A stretch of 12,246 nucleotides of DNA from Opitutales bacterium (GCA_049599475.1 JBMYOQ010000104.1:1-12246); one strand, 5' to 3'. Counted from the stretch's first letter, positions 1-8,487 are shown. The notes: generated by a model from the sequence alone, not told the origin. Translations and numbers: made by a program.

Positions 1-34
1 TAAACGCTTCCTGATACGCTAACTTTATCAAAGT

Positions 35-1315
35 TTATGCGAAAAGGTATAAGATCCCCCGCATACGGCGACGCTCCTGCTCATACTCGGGGTTTTCGGT
101 AACTGTCTCGCCATAGCGCTCCTTGTCCGATGTCACAGGAATATCATACATCGTATACTCGAGTGACTTCTTACCCTCGGCATTGAGCCGGAATCGTTTT
201 TCACGGATAAATGAGCCCGTTTTCCATGTCATAAAGACGTATTCGCGGTCTTGCCCCTCTTCTCCTGTAAAATAATGTGACAGGTCCATGCCATCGACCT
301 CGCGATTCAGATTGATGCCCGCTACGGAACATATTGTCGGGAGGACATCTACGAGACAGAAAAATTCCTCTTTCACCTCAGGCTTAATCGTCCCGGGCCA
401 CCAGGTGATAAACGGTACACGCGTTCCGGCCTCGGTAAGCGAGCCCTTCCCTCCCTGGAGGTCCATATCCGGCAATGAGCTCTTTACAGATTTGTGCGTC
501 CCGTTATCTGCCGTGAAAATCACCAGCGTATTTTCGGCGATTTCGAGGTCCTGGAGCCGCTGCATAATTTTCCCGATGATCTCATCCATGTAGGTGATCA
601 AAAGCCCGAATGCCCGTGCATTTTTCTCGATACCTTCAGGGTAACGGCTACTCGCTAGGTCGACCAAGGCCGGCGGCTCCGTAAAGGGGGTATGCGTCAA
701 TGCCATCGGGAAATAGACGAAGAAAGGATCATCCTTATTTTTGTCGATGAAAGACAAGACGGATTTAGCGTAATAATCAGGGCCATATTCTTCGGGCTTA
801 CCCTGAATAAATCCCTCATTGGTGTGTATATGCGGATTGTAGTAACGGCTCGTTTTATCGCCTCCGTGAAACCATGTCCACATGGTATGCTCATCAAAGC
901 CATGTTCGAGCGCTTGCTCCGGGTAATCTTCGAACTTCCCTAACTGCCACTTACCAGCCATCGCGGTATGGTAGCCGTGCTCCTGAAAGTCATTCCCAAA
1001 TGTCCTAATTTTTTCTGACATGCGCGACCCCTTGCCTTTCCCCATCAACGCCATATGACCGGTCCGGTTGGGATATAGCCCACTCATAATCATGACACGA
1101 GAGGGCGTGCACAGAGGCGTAGCATAGGCGTTGTTGTAGCGCTGTCCTTCAGCGGCTAGGCGATCCAAGTGAGGGGTCGTATATAGAGTACTTCCGTAGG
1201 ATTGAAGACCCTCCGCGCCCAGATCATCAGCCATGATGACAATGACATTCGGAGGTCGCTCTGCCACTAGCATGGCAGAGAATAGGAATAGGTATAGTGA
1301 GGTGATTACTTTCAT
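35..1315 (-). CDS. Secreted Cys-type formylglycine-dependent sulfatase (S1 family)
   Basis: N-terminal signal-peptide-like MKVITSLYLFLFSAMLVA; PNVIVIMADDLG metal-binding motif; CTPSR signature (1097-1111); GKWQLG second signature; THTP and FTADNG motifs; GGKGSLTEAGTRVPF segment. Confidence 0.95.
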   Translation of the reverse strand: MKVITSLYLFLFSAMLVAERPPNVIVIMADDLGAEGLQSYGSTLYTTPHLDRLAAEGQRYNNAYATPLCTPSRVMIMSGLYPNRTGHMALMGKGKGSRMSEKIRTFGNDFQEHGYHTAMAGKWQLGKFEDYPEQALEHGFDEHTMWTWFHGGDKTSRYYNPHIHTNEGFIQGKPEEYGPDYYAKSVLSFIDKNKDDPFFVYFPMALTHTPFTEPPALVDLASSRYPEGIEKNARAFGLLITYMDEIIGKIMQRLQDLEIAENTLVIFTADNGTHKSVKSSLPDMDLQGGKGSLTEAGTRVPFITWWPGTIKPEVKEEFFCLVDVLPTICSVAGINLNREVDGMDLSHYFTGEEGQDREYVFMTWKTGSFIREKRFRLNAEGKKSLEYTMYDIPVTSDKERYGETVTENPEYEQERRRMRGILYLFA

Positions 1316-1362
1316 GTGTAGAGGGTGGGATGAATTGCAGTGTAAGACTCAGAGATCTCAGG

Positions 1363-2871
1363 CTACCCTTTAGAAGGATAACCCGTTTCTCGAATCTCGC
1401 TTAACAGCTTTTCGAGCTGCTCAACTTTTTCAGGGTGATCTTGGATTACATTATTTCTTTGACCCAAGTCTTCTCTCAAATTGAACAAAGCCTGCCTGCC
1501 TTCGATGGGAGGAAAATCCGCTGCTTTTAGGTAATCCGCCCCTTCGCCATTTCGCTTATTGTCTTGGATAAAAACCCAGTCGCCCTGACGAATCCCATAC
1601 ATCTCCGAATATGTATTGAGTACCAAGGAATCGCGAATCGAGTCTTGTTTACCCGCGAGCACCGGCATCATGTCGTATCCATCTTCTCCCTGCCCTTCCG
1701 GCAAGGTATAGCCGAGGGCACTCGCTAAGGTAGCCATAATATCTACCTGGCTGATGATTGCGTCGCTTACACTTCCAGGTTCAGTGACACCTGGCCATTT
1801 TACGACAAAAGGCACCCGGTGGCCGCCCTCTAGCGTATGGCGCTTCATGCCGCGCAAATCTCCGGAGCTATTATGATTAAACTTAGTAAAGCGCTCCATC
1901 ATGTATCTTTCACTACCATTATCCGCAGTGAATATAATGACCGTGTTCTCTTCTTCGCCGATATCCTTGATCGCCTGAATCAGCTTTCCACAGGCGTCAT
2001 CTGATTCGAATACAAAATCGCCGTATGCACCAGCCTCGGATTTTCCGTCGAATTCATCATTTGGGATAATGGGCGCATGGGGTGAGGGCAGCGCGAAATA
2101 AAGAAAGAAAGGCTGATCCTTAGGCCCTTGGCGGTGGATGTAGTCGAGGGCCTTTTCAGTCAGAGTGGGAATATTCTCATAGGGGTCCCAGTCTGTAACC
2201 ATAGGTCCAGGACGGCACTCCCAATTCCCTTCTTTGATCGGCTTCCACAGCTTGGTATTCATCATGATATCCGGAGCCTTCAAGACCTTATCATTCTCTA
2301 GCCAAGTGTAGGGAGGAAAGTTGATCACACAGTCAGTAAAGGAATAGTCGAAACCGTGTGCGAGAGGCCCATTGGGGACCTGCTTGCTCCAGTCGAAAGC
2401 ATCCGGACCAAAGGCTTTTCGCTTCCCCTTCTGATTCTTTGGGGGCACGTAGTCAGGGTTTTTTATTTGGTTCCACCCCATTCCCAAATGCCATTTACCC
2501 ACATGGGCCGTATGGTAGCCCTGCTCTTGTAGCATTTCGGGGAGCGTCAAACGCTCGGGACTGAACACACTATCACTGAAGCCATGGGTGATCCCATGAA
2601 ATTTCCGCCAATGGTGGCGGCCCGTCAGCAGCGCATAACGGCTCGGCGTACAGATACCCGACGAGCTATGCCCATCGGTAAAGCGCATCCCTTCGCGCGC
2701 CAGCTGATCGAAGGTAGGCGTCGGGATTTTCGAATCTGGATTCTGAATCGCTAAATCACCATGCCCCATATCATCCGCGTATAGGATCACAATATTGGGC
2801 CGGCTATCCTTGGAGGAGGCGATATTGAGCAAAAGAAAAAGGGTACAGAATAAAAATCGAAAAGTTCGCAT
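1363..2871 (-). CDS. Secreted Cys-type sulfatase (S1 family, arylsulfatase-A-like)
   Basis: PNIVILYADDMG, CTPSRYALLTGR (CTPSR at 2638-2652), GKWHLG, PHAP, FTADNG and EGGHRVPF motifs. Start placed at the ATG at 2871 rather than 2913 because MRTFRFLFCTLFLLLNIASS then forms a normal signal peptide. Confidence 0.95.
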   Translation of the reverse strand: MRTFRFLFCTLFLLLNIASSKDSRPNIVILYADDMGHGDLAIQNPDSKIPTPTFDQLAREGMRFTDGHSSSGICTPSRYALLTGRHHWRKFHGITHGFSDSVFSPERLTLPEMLQEQGYHTAHVGKWHLGMGWNQIKNPDYVPPKNQKGKRKAFGPDAFDWSKQVPNGPLAHGFDYSFTDCVINFPPYTWLENDKVLKAPDIMMNTKLWKPIKEGNWECRPGPMVTDWDPYENIPTLTEKALDYIHRQGPKDQPFFLYFALPSPHAPIIPNDEFDGKSEAGAYGDFVFESDDACGKLIQAIKDIGEEENTVIIFTADNGSERYMMERFTKFNHNSSGDLRGMKRHTLEGGHRVPFVVKWPGVTEPGSVSDAIISQVDIMATLASALGYTLPEGQGEDGYDMMPVLAGKQDSIRDSLVLNTYSEMYGIRQGDWVFIQDNKRNGEGADYLKAADFPPIEGRQALFNLREDLGQRNNVIQDHPEKVEQLEKLLSEIRETGYPSKG

Positions 2872-2877
2872 ACGCCT

Positions 2878-2906
2878 ATAATGGCCGGAAACCCTATTTT
2901 TGTGAC
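2878..2906 (-). promoter_or_regulatory. Possible internal sigma70-like promoter for the sulfatase pair
   Basis: Minus-strand GTCACA-17 bp-CATTAT, ending 6 nt before the ATG at 2871. Confidence 0.25.
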
Positions 2907-2986
2907 AGCTCATTCAGTTTAGATGAAAATCGATTGACGAAGAATCGGTGCGCAGGCCCACCGCGAACCAGGGAACTCCGGTACAG

Positions 2987-5900
2987 CTAGGCTCTTGCCC
3001 GCTTTCCGTGACTCCGGCGCTTCCGGGCTGGTTTTCTCGATAATACTGCTCCGATGATCACCATGAACACAACGGCACCGCCTCCGATGACCATAATACC
3101 TGCATTGCTCGTCCAGAAGCTACGGGAGTCCACAGGCGCTACCTCCTCGGACACTTTTTCAGCAATCATCACGGGTTCCACTTCCGGCGCCATCGGCAAT
3201 TCTAAAGTCTCGACGCCCCAGGATGCGATGGTCTCACTGCCATTTGACCCAACAGGCAACAAACGGACGTCCAGAATTCTTGGCAAACTCTTGAAAATAT
3301 CGCCACCGAAACCGATCTGCATATCGCCATCCCGAAAACTATCCTGGGCAAACCGCGCATCAGGCACCAAAAACGTGTACTCATAGCGTCCGGCTTCCGC
3401 GATTTCGATCAGTTGATCTCCCCTCTCATTGAGCACCATACGCTTGGGGCCTTCGAAACTATCATACATAATGCCCAAGCTCGTGGGAGCTACAACATCC
3501 AAGCTTATTACGAGTTCCAAGGGCGAGGCGGCCTCCGCTGGGAATACCGCCGAAGTGACATCCACTTCAAACCAAGCCCCATCGATCAACTGAATTCCAA
3601 ATTCACCCGAACGCTCGACGATCCGGGATCCATCTGAGTTGAGACGAATACCATTCTCGCGCACACCAAATAAATCGGAGTCGAACGGTCTCCTGACATC
3701 ATGCCGCTCTTTAGCAATCTCTAGATCGTATTGATCATCCGCGGAGACAATTTCCGCCGCCATAGTATCAGAAACACGTATATCGGCACTCATCAATGAC
3801 TCACGACCATCTCGACTCACCGCAGTCACCATGTAAGAGGCTGCCCGATACGGCGAACGGTCTAAAAACTGAGGAGCCTTTAATCCTCGCGCTATGGGTT
3901 CTCCAAAGGTCCCAGAAGAGCTCTCGCGACGATAAACATTAAACGTCACATTGCCCATCGACTCGTGTTGCCACTTCAGCGAAACGCCGTCGCCTCCTGT
4001 CGCAGTCAGGAGCGTTGGAGCCTTAGGGGCAAATTGCTCGTAGACTGCAGTGTTTATTTTGAAAGCTGTAATTGCAGGAGATTCTCCGTCTTTTACTACA
4101 ATTCGCATATCGGGATGCTCGCTGCCTAAAGACTCTTGCCCAAACTTGACATCTTTGAGCCTAATATTCCAAGGCTTAGATGTCGTCTCTCCCACGTGCC
4201 GAGCTTTGATAGCTTTCCACCCCGTCTTACTTTGGTACCAGAACTCTAGGGTGCTGCCTGCAAAGAAGGTCCCAACTGCAGTGAAAGACACCGAATTGGG
4301 TGATTTGTTGAGAAACTCTGGATCTTCGAGCTTCAGATTAAACTCTCCATTCGTGGTCTTAGAGCGATACTTCAGCTGAGAAATCCCTGTGTTTCTAGAC
4401 ATCTGAACCCCGCTCTGCTCTATCCCGTTTCCATCGAGAAAGAGGCCGTATGAAACCACTGGAGCATGGCTCACATCCACGCCCGCAAATATAGTCTGGA
4501 ATGTATTATCCGCGCCGACCTCTTCTGCATACTTATAATAGATGCCTCCAAAAGTACAATTGAGCATCTTGAACGCGCCTTCGTTCTTAATTCCAAAGCT
4601 CCCTTTAAATCGAACGTTTTCGAGATAAGCACTGCCATTCTCTCCAACAAATAGACCCCCTATATTATCACCGAAACGATTGCCTCCCCCGGTACGATAG
4701 TAAGTCCCGCTCTGCACACTGAGCATTTCTTGGAAATGTCCGGCAAGCGTCCCGTTATGAGACAACACGCGCCCCGTGAATTCTGGGAAAATTTTTAATG
4801 CAAATTGGTTGGTTGCCGGACCCTCAGGGCCATGACGATTGGAGGTCGCAGTCTTATCGCTCACGACTATTTCTTTATCTCCTGAAAGAATCGCTACCCC
4901 GGTAACATATTGCTCGAGACTGAAGCGCCCCAGATCCCCGCTCGAGTTTTCGATCGTGGCTCCGCGGAAGCCACCATGGTGATAGCCGCCCTTACTTACC
5001 TGGTAATTGTCTGAGTCTTTAAGATGCAGAAGCTCAAAGCCATGATTCATCACATTGGTTTTGTATTGATCATGGTTCATATTGGACGGGAAGCTAAACT
5101 CACTTTTCGGCCAGTTAGTCGGCTTCGTCATGATCTGCTCCGCGAGACCATTGTTGGTCCCATTCACAAAGAGCATTTGGCGAATTCCAGAGAAGAAACT
5201 GTAGGCCACCAAGTTATCATCACCATTGAAGTTGATGAAGCGATATGGATTCACCGGAGAGACATACATCACGTAATTGCTGAGACCATTACCACGAATC
5301 GTATACGGATATTTCTTGAATGGCGTTTCAGTTCCTCCGGCAGTCTGACTAGGGTAATAAAACCCCAAACCTCGCACTCCGGAGTAGTCTCCCAGAGTGA
5401 TCGTTGCTTCCGCTACTATTTCGTTGGCTCCGGCCGGTATCGGCGGCGAATCTATGTAAAGCGTGCTGCCATTCCCCGGTTTTATAAGACGCTCTCGGCC
5501 TCCAGACGCCCCACGCAATTCGACACCTTCTTCTACATAGATGGAACCAGTAATACGGTATTCTCCGCCGGGGAAGAAAACATAGCCGCCTCCATTGGCG
5601 TTGGCCGCCGCTACGGCCGCGCGAATGGCTTCTGTATCATCCGCTAAACCATTAGCCTTCGCACCGCCCGCAAACTTAGGATCACGCACATTGAACATGT
5701 CGACCTTCAAGGGGCGACGAACAATGGCATCTTCAATATCCAAACTGACTTCGACTTCGATTGCCTCTGCATCCTCGCCTTCACTGGCTTCACCTTCCCC
5801 TTGCTCTACTTCAGCGATAAAGTCGTCCTGAGGCGCCTCTTCAACAGCGGCGGACATGACGAATGTATCTACCGCCATCTTGCTGGGCTCGCCGGTAACG

Positions 5901-7810
5901 GAACCTCCAAAGAGCTCCATCTTTCTTGGGTCAGCGACGCTATTATTGAAGATTACCTCCAGCGGCTTGTCTTCGGCGATTATATCCGCTTCAAGACTTC
6001 CTGAAATAATTGAATTGTTCAGCGTAAAGGTCCTACCGTCACTCGATTTCACCGCGATCCGGTTTCCTTTCATCTGCGTTCCATTGATTGCGGTATTCCG
6101 CGCACCTGCGGCATCGTAGAAGAGTCCGATCTGACAGTTCTCTATCAAGGCTCCATTCAGCCCCCCCATGAAAGCCTTTGTCATAAATTCTTTGAAAACG
6201 CGGAAGCCTGTATGGTGACCGTAAATCGCTCGCGTACCGTGTAGGCGTTCAGCCTGAATGGCCAATCCCGAAGCATACACTTCGTCCATATGCGCTCGGA
6301 TATGCATCGGGTCCGGCTGGAGGCCCGACATCTCTAAGAATTTGGAGGAAAATTGCTGGTTCCGGTTTCTCGAGATCGCATAGTTGGGCCCCAAGCTCAG
6401 TCCAATATCGTAGGCGCTACCATAGATGTTTTTAATATCCGCATTAGACGTTCGCTGAAAATAGATACCGCGATAGGCATTGAGCATCGTGATGTTGTGC
6501 ACAAAGGCACCACCTTTACCCTGAAAAACCCATGGATACTTGGTAACGCCGCGCTTGGGGTTCTGTTTCGAATGCCAAAAAGTAAAGCCCTGTATTCCGC
6601 CTCCATGATGCTCGAAAACGGCCTTATCGATATCGATCTGATCATTCTCCAAAAGAATAAGCGACCCCAGGCGCCCCTTGTAGTCGGGTTCGGTAGGAGC
6701 CGCCCAACGACCACGAAGGAGAACATTTGACCAAATCTTAATCGGGCCATCGACGCGATACTGGCCCTCGGGCACGAATACGGTGCCTCCTCCCGCTTCT
6801 GCAGCGAAATCGATCGCCGCTTGGAAAGCTTCAGTGCAGTCGTTATTTACCGTATCCGAAGGTAAATTGAAGCGCGGATCAGTGACCTGACACAGGGCCA
6901 GTATCACCTCTTTCTCGGGATAGCGGGGATCCGAGGGAATCAGGCTCCAGCTCAGGGCCTGATCTAGCCCATCAGATGGAGGCGCTACTTCAAATGCCCG
7001 ATGAAGCGCAATATCACCGCCCGATGCACGCATGCGACCACCACTCCTTACGATTTCCAGGAATTTTCTATTCCCGACATTTTTCAGGAATACTTTTTCA
7101 CCATCCTGATACCATTCCCATTGTGCACTCACGCTGGGTTCAGTAGCAGTAGCTCGGAGCCATTCATCATTCTGAAGATATTTCTCGTTGAAGATAGACT
7201 TGAGAAGCACACGCCCTTTTCCTGCGCTCTCTACCACGAAATGTGTATTGCGGCTCAAGGAAGAGCCACTGGAGGCACTCACGCCTCCATCGTCAGCGGT
7301 AAATGCATACATCGAGTGACTCAAGGAGCGCAGGGTGATTATCTCTCCCACGGGTCCATTCTCCTGCCGCAAGTTAAACGCATCCAAATGCATAGCAGCA
7401 GCCTTTGCAGATCGGGCCGCTCGGATTTTCTCCTTTTTGAGAGCTAGATCCTCAGCACTTGCATCACTCGTATCCGCAACCTCGGGAACTTGTGTAGCCT
7501 TCGACGCTTCCGCCGCGATCTTTTTGAGCCGCTTGACACTCCTAGCGTCGAGCGCGTCGAGCGGAACCGTAAACGACTGGCCGTCGAGAACGCGTGTAAA
7601 GCTTATCAATTCACCCTCAATTACGGGGTCCTGTATTTCCAGCGTCCGCCCTTGGCGGTCTTTCACTGTCAGCACGTCCTGAGCGAAGCACTCGACCGCG
7701 CCCAGAAACACAAAAAGCAGTGCAAATAAAATTAACCGTAAACTCGCAAGAGATGCGTAGCTAAAATTTGAGAGGGATATATTTGTAAGGGGAAAATAAT
7801 ACGCAACCAT
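2987..7810 (-). CDS. Large secreted, membrane-anchored modular beta-helix protein (putative polysaccharide hydrolase/lyase; Pectate_lyase_3/GH55/GH28-like fold)
   Basis: Hydrophobic signal LRLILFALLFVFLGAVECFA; two beta-helix N-cap motifs (DCTEAFQAAID..GGGTVFVPEGQYRV and DDTEAIRAAV..GGGYVFFPGGEYRI); FN3-like APKAPTLLTA..W..FNVYR..YMVTAV..GRES; C-terminal TM helix plus basic tail. The start is uncertain (GTG 7849, ATG 7810 or later). Confidence 0.85.
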   Translation of the reverse strand: MVAYYFPLTNISLSNFSYASLASLRLILFALLFVFLGAVECFAQDVLTVKDRQGRTLEIQDPVIEGELISFTRVLDGQSFTVPLDALDARSVKRLKKIAAEASKATQVPEVADTSDASAEDLALKKEKIRAARSAKAAAMHLDAFNLRQENGPVGEIITLRSLSHSMYAFTADDGGVSASSGSSLSRNTHFVVESAGKGRVLLKSIFNEKYLQNDEWLRATATEPSVSAQWEWYQDGEKVFLKNVGNRKFLEIVRSGGRMRASGGDIALHRAFEVAPPSDGLDQALSWSLIPSDPRYPEKEVILALCQVTDPRFNLPSDTVNNDCTEAFQAAIDFAAEAGGGTVFVPEGQYRVDGPIKIWSNVLLRGRWAAPTEPDYKGRLGSLILLENDQIDIDKAVFEHHGGGIQGFTFWHSKQNPKRGVTKYPWVFQGKGGAFVHNITMLNAYRGIYFQRTSNADIKNIYGSAYDIGLSLGPNYAISRNRNQQFSSKFLEMSGLQPDPMHIRAHMDEVYASGLAIQAERLHGTRAIYGHHTGFRVFKEFMTKAFMGGLNGALIENCQIGLFYDAAGARNTAINGTQMKGNRIAVKSSDGRTFTLNNSIISGSLEADIIAEDKPLEVIFNNSVADPRKMELFGGSVTGEPSKMAVDTFVMSAAVEEAPQDDFIAEVEQGEGEASEGEDAEAIEVEVSLDIEDAIVRRPLKVDMFNVRDPKFAGGAKANGLADDTEAIRAAVAAANANGGGYVFFPGGEYRITGSIYVEEGVELRGASGGRERLIKPGNGSTLYIDSPPIPAGANEIVAEATITLGDYSGVRGLGFYYPSQTAGGTETPFKKYPYTIRGNGLSNYVMYVSPVNPYRFINFNGDDNLVAYSFFSGIRQMLFVNGTNNGLAEQIMTKPTNWPKSEFSFPSNMNHDQYKTNVMNHGFELLHLKDSDNYQVSKGGYHHGGFRGATIENSSGDLGRFSLEQYVTGVAILSGDKEIVVSDKTATSNRHGPEGPATNQFALKIFPEFTGRVLSHNGTLAGHFQEMLSVQSGTYYRTGGGNRFGDNIGGLFVGENGSAYLENVRFKGSFGIKNEGAFKMLNCTFGGIYYKYAEEVGADNTFQTIFAGVDVSHAPVVSYGLFLDGNGIEQSGVQMSRNTGISQLKYRSKTTNGEFNLKLEDPEFLNKSPNSVSFTAVGTFFAGSTLEFWYQSKTGWKAIKARHVGETTSKPWNIRLKDVKFGQESLGSEHPDMRIVVKDGESPAITAFKINTAVYEQFAPKAPTLLTATGGDGVSLKWQHESMGNVTFNVYRRESSSGTFGEPIARGLKAPQFLDRSPYRAASYMVTAVSRDGRESLMSADIRVSDTMAAEIVSADDQYDLEIAKERHDVRRPFDSDLFGVRENGIRLNSDGSRIVERSGEFGIQLIDGAWFEVDVTSAVFPAEAASPLELVISLDVVAPTSLGIMYDSFEGPKRMVLNERGDQLIEIAEAGRYEYTFLVPDARFAQDSFRDGDMQIGFGGDIFKSLPRILDVRLLPVGSNGSETIASWGVETLELPMAPEVEPVMIAEKVSEEVAPVDSRSFWTSNAGIMVIGGGAVVFMVIIGAVLSRKPARKRRSHGKRARA

Positions 7811-8025
7811 GACTAAATTTTCCAGTCGCCAATATTCATAAGCAGACACAGGAAAGCCGCAAATTGAGCCATCCTGGACTCAGAGGCGTGGTGATCGGTG
7901 CGCCTCCTTCCTTCGTGTTGTTCAAACCTGGAGGATACCCCACTCATATACGGGGTCAATGCACCCAATACCCATCGTATGCATAGTAATTTCAGGAAGG
8001 TCAGCACCCGTTTGAGCTCCTTCTT

Positions 8026-8071
8026 AGAAAAACAAAGGGCCCAGCTCCATCCCCCCGGAAAAAGCTGGGCC
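8026..8071 (-). terminator. Intrinsic (Rho-independent) terminator
   Basis: Perfect 9-bp stem GGCCCAGCT/AGCTGGGCC (8038-8046, 8063-8071), extendable by G-U pairs on the minus strand, followed on that strand by CTTTGTTTTTCT. Confidence 0.7.
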
Positions 8072-8186
8072 GCTTCGTTACCTTTCCTATTAAATAATTA
8101 ACAGGAGATTAGAGAGTAGCCTGGCCAACAAACACCACAAATCGAAGCACCAAGGCTACTCCTAAAAACACGCGACTCGCGCGGTT
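8026..8186 (-). ncRNA. Candidate structured sRNA or leader RNA (four tandem hairpins); no known family recognised
   Basis: Hairpins at about 8169-8183, 8109-8165, 8085-8106 and 8038-8071; G-U pairs in three of them form only on the minus strand; ends in a U-rich tract. Confidence 0.4.
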
Positions 8187-8218
8187 AAAACTGTATTTAC
8201 ACAAGCCTCGTTGATTGA

Positions 8219-8236
8219 GAATGTAATTTCACATTC
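8219..8236. promoter_or_regulatory. Palindromic candidate operator GAATGT-N6-ACATTC
   Basis: Perfect 6-bp inverted repeat with a 6-bp spacer in the AT-rich divergent intergenic region. Confidence 0.35.
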
Positions 8237-8487
8237 AATACCCTTTTGCTCATCAAGAATTTCAGGTTGTTGTAGATTCTTTGGGTAAACTTAGAGGCTG
8301 GTAGAAAAAATCCTATTTAGTTTTTCTCAGAACCATTTACACAGTTAACACTGCTTTTCTAGCAGACATGCAGATGATCCCATTTTCAATATTCAAAGCA
8401 TTCAGGTGATGGTGAGTTGAGGGTGATGATTAAGCTTGTGACTTTATGTTTATCTTCAAAACATATTCCCACTTGGTCAACAAGTTC

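Noticed and set aside
1..70. Possible truncation or frameshift at the C-terminus of sulfatase 1 (ends ILYLFA)
   Set aside because: The stop falls after the usual terminal helix of the sulfatase fold; no evidence of a lesion without a homolog alignment.
2872..2913. Longer N-terminus MSCHKNRVSGHYRR for sulfatase 2
   Set aside because: The downstream ATG at 2871 gives a canonical signal peptide, and the extension overlaps a promoter-like sequence.
4490..6950. Phage tailspike or prophage origin of the beta-helix protein
   Set aside because: The signal peptide, C-terminal TM anchor and absence of phage genes argue for a cellular surface protein.
288..7729. Many short plus-strand and alternate-frame ORFs (e.g. 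5024-5647, 7001-7447, 3054-3386)
   Set aside because: They lie antisense to or within well-supported CDSs and show no recognisable motifs; treated as shadow ORFs.
7813..8101. ORFs 7813-8007 (-) and 7898-8101 (+)
   Set aside because: Non-ATG starts, no recognisable protein features, and they overlap likely promoter or terminator sequence. A leader peptide cannot be fully excluded.
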